From Tubiluchus corallicola (taxonomy: Eukaryota; Animalia; Priapulida): a DNA stretch of 64,000 bases. Position 1 is the first letter of the stretch; the number at the start of each line of letters is the position of its first letter. The position numbers and the translations under genes were made by a program. The stretch covers positions 1 through 64,000 of the forward strand of contig JAQGDQ010000772.1 of assembly GCA_030141605.1 (NCBI GenBank), read 5' to 3'. Below, piece after piece: positions 13,020-24,154 of the stretch. The notes below the pieces were generated by a model. It worked only from the letters and a program-made list of their open reading frames with translations, had not been told where the DNA came from and searched no databases.

Positions 13020-13580
13020 AATAAACACTTTACATGAATGTGTACAGGCCTTGACCATCTATACCCGAATGTGTACACTCTAAAGTATGTATATGATTCC
13101 CTGAACGCACTAATAGCTGCACATGAACGTGTGCTCGCCGTACCATCTGTGCAAGAATGTGAACCTCCTCCTAACATATTTAGATGAACGTTTACAAGCC
13201 CTAACATCTCAACATTAACGTTTACACATCCTAATATCTGTGCGTGTACGTGTGCACACACCCCACCACATCTACCGTTGAATTGGTACTGATACAACCC
13301 GTACACATCCTAACATTTGTACAAGGTGCATATACACTCTAATATTTGTACACAAATACGTGTGCGCCATAACATCTGTACATGAATGTGAACAGGTACT
13401 CGTGTCTAAACAAAAACGTGTAAACACCCCCTAATATTTATATATATGAATGTATACACTGTCAGGTCTGTGCACACGTCTTACTAACATTTGTACAAGA
13501 TTGTGTATACACCCTAGCATTTGTAAATGAATATGTACGCGCCCTACAACATCCGCACGAATCGGCACACGTCCTAAATT
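13020..13580. repeat. Highly degenerate tandem repeat, about 30-bp period
   Basis: Recurrent ctaacat.tgtaca.atgaa.gtgtacac motif, in 30-bp register at 13171-13260. Confidence 0.7.
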
Positions 13581-13826
13581 GACGGAATTCGAGAAAAATT
13601 TACAAATATTAATTAATAGCAATCAATTAAAATAATTAAGATAAAATAGTAGAACATCAAACAGACTACCCTTTTTGTAATAATTCTAACTAACGAGCTT
13701 TGTGGGTTTTAATGACAGCAATTACGAAATTTGAAATATTTGACACTAAGCGGTTTCTGAGCTGCATCTTCTCTATTTTCAGATTTCAAATTTTATACAG
13801 AACGTATAGAAATTCTGATATTCATA

Positions 13827-14369
13827 ATGTGTGACAAGAGTGATGAAAAGAACGGAAAAAAAACTGCTATTATCAATATGAGCAAAAGTTTTCTCGGTGA
13901 CATGGCGCTCCTCAAAAACACCTAAGAAGAATGTGACCGATTATAATGCCATTGGAGATGTCTGTCTGATCATTATCTATACACATACGTACAAATGCTG
14001 TTACGGCAGCAGACCAGAATTGGTTCTGATGCGATTTTAACTCGCGCACAAATCACATTAATGTCTAGCGGGAAGACGAATACGGGTTTTTGTCGTCTAG
14101 ATGAAGCCCCGTGGATTCATGTTATGCGAGAAATGTGCAAATTTTAGGAGCTTCGGCACGCAAATTCTGCGTTAGTTCATCAAGAACTCGAGAATTCGCT
14201 CGTAAAACGGTAAACTGATCAGAAATATCGAGCAGCGCTACAAGTAGTTTCCTTGATAAATGGAAACGCAGCAGGTAAGCTAGAAAAGCTTCGGAAAACT
14301 GTTGAGCGGTAACTGACGAAACTCGTGTAATTCCGAGTTAATCTCTCTCTGCAGTATTAGGCAGTTTGA
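13827..14369 (+). pseudogene. Protein-like 180-codon frame (ATG..TGA) interrupted only by 7 TAA/TAG; unknown product
   Basis: Manual translation; no frameshift and no internal TGA; see findings. Confidence 0.35.
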
Positions 14370-14725
14370 GAAGAACACATGGTGTTAACTCGTAAGGCAC
14401 TTATAACAAAATGTGGATGTATTGTGAAAACATGATAATTGGATAGAATCTCAGCCATGGAAACCACAAACTTGTTTTGAGAAAATTCTGTCGTCAATAA
14501 CAGTTCTAGGTTGCGGATGTGCAAATTTAGAGATTCTTCCGCAAAAAAACAACAACTGAATTTCGCTTGACATTTTGTCAAATTAAATTATTTAGCTCGT
14601 TACAAATGTCCAACAGTGAGAAGTGGTGTGCAAACCCAATATCTAAATATGCTTTACTTAACAAACCATTTAAGTAACTACAATAACCATTCTTATAAAA
14701 CGTAATGCAGTCACTTTGCTATTTT

Positions 14726-16388
14726 GAGGCTTCCTTTATATGAGACTGGCATTGAAAACATGAATTTGTGGTTTTTGGTTGTGCTTTGCCATACTGGGGT
14801 TTCCTTTATATGAGACTGGCATTGAAAACATGAATTTGTGGTTTTTGGTTGTGCTTTGCCATACTGGGGTTTCCTTTATATGAGACTGGCATTGAAAACA
14901 TGAATTTGTGGTTTTTGGTTGTGCTTTGCCATACTGGGGTTTCCTTTATATGAGACTGGCATTGAAAACATGAATTTCTGGTTTTTGGTTGTGCTTTGCC
15001 ATACTGGGGTTTCCTTTATATGAGACTGGCATTGAAAACATGAATTTGTGGTTTTTGGTTGTGCTTTGCCATACTGGGGTTTCCTTTATATGAGACTGGC
15101 ATTGAAAACATGAATTTGTGGTTTTTGGTTGTGCTTTGCCATACTGGGGTTTCCTTTATATGAGACTGGCATTGAAAACATGAATTTCTGGTTTTTGGTT
15201 GTGCTTTGCCATACTGGGGTTTCCTTTATATGAGACTGGCATTGAAAACATGAATTTCTGGTTTTTGGTTGTGCTTTGCCATACTGGGGTTTCCTTTATA
15301 TGAGACTGGCATTGAAAACATGAATTTGTGGCTCATGGCTGTAACTTTGCCATACTGAGGCTTCCTTTATATGAGATTGGCATTGAAAACATGAATTTGT
15401 GGTTTTTGGTTGTGCTTTGCCATACTGGGGTTTCCTTTATATGAGACTGGCATTGAAAACATGAATTTGTGGTTTTTGGTTGTGCTTTGCCATACTGGGG
15501 TTTCCTTTATATGAGACTGGCATTGAAAACATGAATTTGTGGCTCATGGCTGTAACTTTGCCATACTGAGGCTTCCTTTATATGAGATTGGCATTGAAAA
15601 CATGAATTTGTGGTTTTTGGTTGTGCTTTGCCATACTGAGGCTTCCTTTATATGAGACTGGCATTGAAAACATGAATTTGTGGTTTTTGGTTGTGTTTTG
15701 CCATACTGGGGTTTCCTTTATATGAGACTGGCATTGAAAACATGAATTTGTGGTTTTTGGTTGTGCTTTGCCATACTGGGGTTTCCTTTATATGAGACTG
15801 GCATTGAAAACATGAATTTGTGGCTCATGGCTGTAACTTTGCCATACTGAGGCTTCCTTTATATGAGACTGGCATTGAAAACATGAATTTGTGGCTCATG
15901 GCTGTAACTTCGCCATACTGAGGCTTCCTTTATATGAGACTGGCATTGAAAACATGAATTTGTGGTTTTTGGTTGTGCTTTGCCATACTGGGGTTTCCTT
16001 TATGTGAGACTGGCATTGAAAACATGAATTTGTGGTCTTTGGTTGTGCTTTGCCATACTGGGGTTTCCCTTATATGAGACTGGCATTGAAAACATGAATT
16101 TGTGGTTTTTGGTTGTGCTTTGCCATACTGCGGTTTCCTTTATATGAGACTGGCATTGAAAACATGAATTTGTGGTTTTTGGTTGTACTTTGCCATACTG
16201 GGGTTTCCTTTATATGAGATTGGCATTGAAAACATGAATTTGTGGTTTTTGGTTGTGCTTTGCCATACTGGGGTTTCCTTTATATGAGACTGGCACTGAA
16301 AACATGAATTTGTGGCTCATGGTTGTAACTTTGCCATACTGAGGTTTCCTTTATAAGAGACTGGCATTGAAAACATGAATTTGTGGCT
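14726..16388. repeat. Tandem array, 60-bp unit with an interspersed 61-bp variant, about 27 copies
   Basis: Unit ttcctttatatgagactggcattgaaaacatgaatttgtggtttttggttgtgctttgccatactggggt; variant carries ggctcatggctgtaac. Confidence 0.97.
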
Positions 16389-17073
16389 CTTGTTTGTGAC
16401 TCAAACTGCCACGGAACACAATGCACAGCTACACGCTGCATCGCAACGAAACGCATAATACGAAGCCAGTGTTCTCCACATTTAATAGGAAGCCAGTGTT
16501 CTCTGCATTAGAGCACTAAGCCTATTAGCAAGTAATGCAAATGTGCCGATTATTCAAAGCTTTGTAACGATACGATCAGGAACAGACCAGCTGACATGAA
16601 TGAAATGAGTCGGATGCATATTACTGCTAAGCAAACAAGTAAAGAGTAATAGTAACAGTACAAGACGCACTGGCAATTCTTTTCATCCTATTCTCACTGA
16701 GTCACGAAGAGACAAATTTTCTTTTCAAAACTGGGTATATCAATTAAAATAGATTTTACAATTTTGTAATCTATCAAAGAGATCCGTTACATGATTCGGG
16801 TCAGATTTTATAGAAACCCAGTACGATAAGCGCTTTAAAAACTCTATTGTAAAAACTTTCACTCGTTACTACTAAAAAGTTGTCACTACAAAAAATTCGG
16901 TTGGTAATTCAGCTGGTAGGTTTATAAATGCAGTAAAGTTCGAGTTTCTAAACTAACAGATCGGCACCACTGTGGACTGTACTCGCAGTACTGTTGCCTA
17001 GTACTTGCTCCTTTCATAACGCATATTATTTCGTCAACTACATTTTTATCTCAAAATTTATCTCAAAACGTTA

Positions 17074-17188
17074 GCTTGTTGTTGTTGTTGTTGAGGCGGT
17101 CACCCATCCAAGCACTAACCAGCCTCTACGTTGCTTAACTTCGGTGATCAGACGAGAACCGGTGTTTTCAACGTGATTTGGCCGTAGT
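17074..17188 (-). pseudogene. 3'-truncated 5S rRNA retrocopy (or 5S-derived SINE) with (CAA)n tail
   Basis: Minus strand reads CTACGGCC...CCGGTTCTCGTCTGATCACCGAAGTTAAGC...GGTTAGTGCTTGGATGGGTGACCGCCT then CAA repeats; 11-bp TSD tcaaaacgtta (17063-17073, 17189-17199). Confidence 0.92.
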
Positions 17189-17559
17189 TCAAAACGTTAA
17201 AGATCACAATATATCAAAATGGTAACCAAACAATTGCTAATAAGCGATACAATAACGCCCATCGAATCATATCTTTGCCAAAAATTGAGAGGGAATGGGG
17301 ACAAATCATTAAATCGGCTAGCCAGTGTATAATTACAACGTTTGTATTCTCTTACTGCCAGGCAATGATGGGGGAAAGGAAACCATGACGATGAATTCTA
17401 AAGGTCACCCTGAAGAACAGAGGTAAGATCAGAATCACTGAATCTTGCATGAGCGATTCCTCACAAACAATAATTATTTGTTCTGTTTTCAAACTGCGCG
17501 AGAATTTTTAACGAAGTCCAAGGCAGTGAGCCGTGTGAACTTTTGCGCGGTATTTAGAA

Positions 17560-18692
17560 ATCAAGTGCGGGGAAAGGTCGATGCCAGAAAGAGCACATAT
17601 GCTATAAAACAAGGTAGAAACCAAGTGTGGGGAAAGGTCGATGCCAGAAAGAGCACATATGCCACAAAACAAGGTAGAACCCAAGTGCGGGGAAAGGTCG
17701 ATGCCAGAAAGAGCACATATGCCACAAAACAAGGTAGAACCCAAGTGCGGGGAAAGGTCGATGCCAGAAAGAGCACATATGCTATAAAACAAGGTAGAAC
17801 CCAAGTGCGGGGAAAGGCCGATGCCAGAAAGAGCACATATGCCACAAAACAAGGTAGAACCCAAGTACGGGGAAAGGTCAATGCCAGAAAGAGCACATAT
17901 GCTATAAAACAAGGTACAAACCAAGTGCGGGGAAGAGTCAATGCCAGAAAGAGCACATATGCTATAAAACAAGGTAGAAACCAAGTGCAGGGAAAGGTCA
18001 ATGCCAGAAAGAGCACATATGCCACAAACAAGGTAGAACCCAAGTGCGGGGAAAGGTCGATGCCAGAAAGAGCACATATGCTATAAAACAAGGTAGAAAC
18101 CAAGTGCGGGGAAAGGTCAATGCCAGAAAGAGCACATATGCTATAAAACAAGGTAGAAACCAAGTGCGGGGAAAGGTCAATGCCAGAAAGAGCACAAATG
18201 CTATAAAACAAAGTAGAAACCAAGTGTGGGGAAAGGTCAATGCCAGAAAGAGCACATATGCCATAAAACAAGGTATAAACCAAGTGCGGGGAAAGGTCAA
18301 TGCCAGAAAGAGCACATATGCTATAAAACAAGGTAGAAACCAAGTGTGGGGAAAGGTCAATGCCAGAAAGAGCACATATGCTATAAAACAAGGTAGAAAC
18401 CAAGTGTGGGGAAAGGTCAATGCCAGAAAGAGCACATATGCTATAAAACAAGGTAGAAACCAAGTGCAGGGAAAGGTCAATGCCAGAAAGAGCACATATG
18501 CTATAAAACAAGGTAGAAACCAAGTGTGGGGAAAGGTCAATGCCAGAAAGAGCACATATGCTATAAAACAAGGTAGAAACCAAGTGTGGGGAAAGGTCAA
18601 TGCCAGAAAGAGCACATATTCTATAAAACAAGGTAGAAACCAAGTGTGGGGAAAGGTCAATGCCAGAAAGAGCACATTGCTACAAAACAAGG
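17560..18692. repeat. Tandem array, 60-bp unit, about 19 copies
   Basis: Unit ccaagtgcggggaaaggtcaatgccagaaagagcacatatgctataaaacaaggtagaaa; explains five overlapping ORFs on both strands. Confidence 0.97.
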
Positions 18693-19331
18693 ACAGGCTA
18701 AGAAATTAACTGCGTGAGAATGCCATGTGCATAGTGACTGGTTCATGTTGGAATGTTTTGAAAAAACCTGTAAGAAAATCGTCTTGCGGTTTACGAAGTG
18801 TTACTGACGTTAGGCTTCAAGTATGTAGTTTTATACATTACGTCCAACACAGTGAATGCTTTCGTTGCTTAGAACGCTAGACGTGGGCGAGTGTGAAGGT
18901 CGCGCTAACAAAAATATGAGCAGCTTACAGCGGGATAGTAAAACACGTGAAACGTACTGGAGAGCTATCCCACTCAGGTGCTCTTGAAGGAAGGCTCACT
19001 TGGCATGTTGGGTTTACTTAACTGCTATCACTTAAACTTAGAAAAATATAACAAAGAAATTTGCAAAAAAACGGCCTATACAGCATAAAGTTAATTTATA
19101 CCATCGCTTTATTACATTAGCCAAGCGCTGTGGTAACCGCTATTTACTTTAAAATGCTGACGTCCTCAGTTTTAAGGTAAACGATTGCACAAATTTCAAT
19201 TTTTTAGCTACAACATTAAACTATTCCCAAGCTGTCGCTAGTATTGTCCTTTCCATTAAAATGAAACGCCATATTGACTGCATAATCAACATTTGCTGCT
19301 TCACCTGATACAGGAATCGCAGACTCGGTTG

Positions 19332-20628
19332 CAGCTTCCTCGTGCTCCCTGGGTGGAGACTAGAAGCTGAGGGTAATTACAGCTTCCTCACTCTCCCTGG
19401 GTGGAGACTAGAAGCTGAGGGTAACTACAGCTTCCTCACTCTCCCTGGGTGGAGACTAGAAGCTGAGGGCAACTACAGCTTCCTCACTCTCCCCGGGTGG
19501 AGACTAGAAGCTGAGGGTAACTACAGCTTCCTCACTCTCCCTGGGTGGAGACTAGAAGCTGGGGGTAACTACAGCTTCCTCACGCTCCCCGGGTGGAGAC
19601 TAGAAGCTGAGGGTAACTACAGCTTCCTCACGCTCCCCGGGTGGAGACTAGAAGCTGAGGGTAACTACAGCTTCCTCACTCCTCCTGGGCGGAGACTAGA
19701 AGCTGAGGGTAACTACAGCTTCCTCACTATCCCTGGGCGGAGACTAGAAGCTGAGGGTAACTACAGCTTCCTCACTCTCCCTGGGTGGATACTAGAAGCT
19801 GAGGGTAACTACAGCTTCCTCACTCTCCCTGGGTGGAGACTAGAAGCTGAAGGTAACTACAGCTTCCTCACTCTCCCTGGGTGGAGACTAGAAGCTGAGG
19901 GTAACTACAGCTTCCTCACTCTCCCTGGGTGGAGACTAGAAGCTGAGGGTAACTACAGCTTCCTGATGCTCCCTGGGTGGAGACTAGAAGCTGAGGGTAA
20001 CTACAGCTTCCTCACTCTCCCTGGGTGGAGACTAGAAGCTGGGGGTAACTACAGCTTCCTCGCTCTCCCCGGGTGGAGACTAGAAGCTGAGGGTAACTAC
20101 AGCTTCCTCACTCTCCCCGGGTGGAGACTAGAAGCTGAGGGTAACTACAGCTTCCTCACTCTCCCTGGGCGGAGACTAGAAGCTGAGGGTAACTACAGCT
20201 TCCTCACTCTCCCTGGGTGGAGACTAGAAGCTGAGGGTAACTACAGCTTCCTCACTCTCCCTGGGTGGAGACTAGAAGCTGAGGGTAACTACAGCTTCCT
20301 CACGCTCCCTGGGTGGAGACTAGAAGCTGAGGGTAACTACAGCTTCCTCACTCTCCCTGGGTGGAGACTAGAAGCTGAGGGTAACTACAGCTTCCTCACT
20401 CTCCCTGGGTGGAGACTAGAAGCTGAAGGTAACTACAGCTTCCTCACTCTCCCTGGGTGGAGACTAGAAGCTGAGGGTAACTACAGCTTCCTCACTCTCT
20501 CTGGGTGGAGACTAGAAGCTGAAGGTAACTACAGCTTCCTCACTCTCCCTGGGTGGAGACTAGAAGCTGAAGGTAACTACAGCTTCCTCACTCTCCCTGG
20601 GTGGAGACTAGAAGCTGAAGGTAACTAC
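19332..20628. repeat. Tandem array, 48-bp unit, about 27 copies
   Basis: Unit cagcttcctcactctccctgggtggagactagaagctgagggtaacta; explains ORF 19342..20901. Confidence 0.97.
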
Positions 20629-22509
20629 CACTTTGAATTACTTTCACCCCTCATATATCGGTGTTACGTGCAGGCTACGAATGAACAAGCAATTGTTGCA
20701 TTCCCGTCATTTTCCACCTTGCCACATGTGGGAAATCAAAACACAAAAAAATGCCGTTTCGAAAACGTCAGGCAAACCATCAACCATATTCCTCGCTGCC
20801 GTGAACGCCCGATACCTTGGTTAATTTACAGCATCCGTAATCAAATATCCTACTACAACTTTGCCTCGTCTAGGTCGTCCTCTCCAATGACGTCCTGTTG
20901 AATTGCGCGCTAATCAGATGCAAGAAAAGATAAATTCTAATTTCGCAGCAGCGGCGGCGAGTTTTTGCCAATGAAAGAGAACATTGATGGAGCGAGTAAT
21001 CGAATCTCCGAGCCGCTTCAAATACGCATTTATTAACCGTAGCGGTTTATTACTCCACTGTATGATAATAAACTCGAATTTTACTTTGCAATTATTGCTC
21101 GTAATGATTGCTGACATGGTGAAGAAGCAGTATTATCTGCGTCACTTAAATGCTCATTGCCCGTGATACCTGGTATATCCTTAAAGCAAAACCAATCTTA
21201 AACTGTAAGTCAAAACAATCTACTCTTTAAAATATTGAAAGGAAATGCTTTTTTTTCAAAAACACAAACACAATTTCGCGTTTGCGCCTTAATTCTTCGC
21301 TGTTACGTGCATTTGGCCATTCACTAGCTAGACGGGTCCTAGCGCCTGCATTTCGGGAACGCATTGCACAAATAACAGGTGCTACACCTCTCAGTTCAGA
21401 TGTATTAGTTTGTGACGAACTACACACGTTCGACAGCTCATGTGTGAGCACAGCGGTAAATTTGAAATTTGAAATTTGAATTTTTATCTTAAAGCTTGCC
21501 TAGTTTTAGTACAATACACTGTAACACTGTACTTCAATTTTCAGTTTCGCAAACACATGCAACACGCTCGTGGAATATTTTTTTGCTGTTCAAAATTATG
21601 TTAGTTTATGATGTCATCAATATTTGGGCTCGCCCGCCGTTAATTAAGTTTTTAATCTATTATATGCTTATCAGAAACGCTTTTGCAGTATTAATTGTGT
21701 TAAAATGCACATTTTTTATCGGACTTATATCGGTAGTATACGAAATATCATCCTATCTTCCTTTAACGTAACGGATAAGGCAGCGAAATTTTCTATTGCG
21801 ACTAAGAGATTGCTAACAGGTAGCGTGTGAATAACGATTTATTTTGCCATTACGACATGTATAGCAGCATGCAAATTACGACTTTAGAGGAGAAATATAT
21901 GATTTATGATGCCTGTTAATGTTCTACGTACGTACAATGTAATCTTAAATACATCAATTTGTGTACTTATCGTAAAAATTTTAACGAAGAACCTTCGTAG
22001 GTAATAATAGCCATGCTCATGCAATTGCACACAGCCTAGACGTAAGAGAGACCCACATAACAGTACAAAGCTTAAGAATCTAGTGATTTAATACTTCGTT
22101 AAATATCTCGTGTTCGAGTTTTTAACGCTTTTGTTCTCAACAACGATCCAGCAGAATGTCGTTGCTGACATAAACATCTGTGTCATCAAATTGTAACGTT
22201 CACAAGCAAGTGGTTTCACAAGTGTGTACACGGTGACGCTTATCAACGCCTGGCTTCGGTATTTACAAAACGTTGTCGATGCGTGGCTTCATCAGTGCTG
22301 GAAAGAACGCACAACTCTGGCTTCACAGTGAAAATTAATTAACTACAATTTAATGAACTGTTTCGGACGCCTGAGTTTAACACGTGCGAGTACGCGCATG
22401 AATTCAATTTCATTCACAGCTTTTTAAGCTTTATATTCGTGTATTTAATTTTACGTATAGATATATTAGTCAGCATTGTGGTCTTGTAGTCTGGACAGTC
22501 AATGTTCAT

Positions 22510-24075
22510 AAAACGTCGTTGCCGGGACGATAGTACTAACGTCAATGACACAATGCCAAGACTTCTACTGTACTATTTGCACTCTGTTCCACTACAATGA
22601 ACTACATGTATTTCATTCATTATAGGAGTAACAAAACGTCGCTGCCGGGGCGATAGTACTAACGTCAATGACACAATGCCAAGACTTTTACTGTACTATT
22701 TGCACTCTGTTCCACTACAATGAACTACATGTATTTCATTCATTATAGGAGTAACAAAACGTCGTTGCCTGGACGATAGTACTAACGTCAATGACACAAT
22801 GCCAAGACTTCTACTGTACTATTTGCACTCTGTTCCACTACAATGAACTACATGTATTTCATTCATTATAGGAGTAACAAAACGTCGTTGCCGGGACGAT
22901 AGTACTAACGTCAATGACACAATGCCAAGACTTCTACTGTACTATCTGCACTCTGTTCCACTACAATGAACTACATGTATTCCATTCATTATAGGAGTAA
23001 CAAAACGTCGTGGCCAGGACGATAGTACTAACGTCAATGACACAATGCCAAGACTTCTACTGTACTATTTGCACTCTGTTCCACTACAATGAACTACATG
23101 TATTTCATTCATTATAGGAGTAACAAAACCTCGCTGCCGGGACGATAGTACTAACGTCAATGACACAATGCCAAGACTTCTACTGTACTATTTGCACTCT
23201 GTTCCACTACAATGAACTACATGTATTTCATTCATTATAGGAGTAACAAAACGTCGCTGCCGGGACGATAGTACTAACGTCAATAACACAATGCCAAGAC
23301 TTTTACTGTACTATTTGCACTCTGTTCCACTACAATGAACTACATGTATTTCATTCATTATAGGAGTAACAAAACGTCGTTGCCTGGACGATAGTACTAA
23401 CGTCAATGACACAATGCCAAGACTTCTACTGTACTATTTGCACTCTGTTCCACTACAATGAACTACATGTATTTCATTCATTATAGGAGTAACAAAACGT
23501 CGTTGCCGGGACGATAGTACTAACGTCAATGACACAATGCCAAGACTTCTACTGTACTATTTGCACTCTGTTCCACTACAATGAACTACATGTATTCCAT
23601 TCATTATAGGAGTAACAAAACGTCGTGGCCAGGACGATAGTACTAACGTCAATGACACAATGCCAAGACTTCTACTGTACTATTTGCACTCTGTTCCACT
23701 ACAATGAACTACATGTATTTCATACATTATAGGAGTAACAAAACCTCGCTGCCGGGACGATAGTACTAACGTCAATGACACAATGCCAAGACTTCTACTG
23801 TACTATTTGCACTCTGTTCCACTACAATGAACTACATGTATTTCATTCATTATAGGAGTAACAAAACGTCGTTGCCGGGACGATAGTACTAACGTCAATG
23901 ACACAATGTCAAGACTTCTACTGTACTATTTGCACTCTGTTCCACTACAATGAACTACATGTATTTCATTCATTATAGGAGTAACAAAACGTCGCTGCCG
24001 GGACGATAGTACTAACGTCAATGACACAATGCCAAGACTTCTACTGTACTATTTGCACTCTGTTCCACTACAATG
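22510..24075. repeat. Tandem array, 123-bp unit, about 12.7 copies, with a 5-unit higher-order duplication
   Basis: Unit starts aaaacgtcgttgccgggacgatagtactaacg; variant order of units 2-6 recurs in units 7-11. Confidence 0.96.
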
Positions 24076-24154
24076 TAAATAGAACTGAAGCCATAGATTG
24101 TCCCCCATGCCCCCCCCCCCTGCACAAGAAGCCAGGCGCTGATGCTGTAGCGAA

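Noticed and set aside
17074-17188. Functional 5S rRNA gene
   Set aside because: Lacks the 3' about 25 nt and the oligo-T terminator; has a tail and TSD.
17445-18709. Five overlapping repetitive ORFs on both strands
   Set aside because: All derive from one 60-bp array, and a 1-bp deletion near 18025 shifts the frames.
19342-20901. 519-aa ORF of LPGWRLEAEGNYSFLT repeats
   Set aside because: Follows from a stop-free 48-bp unit; GTG start exactly at the array edge; no recognisable domain.
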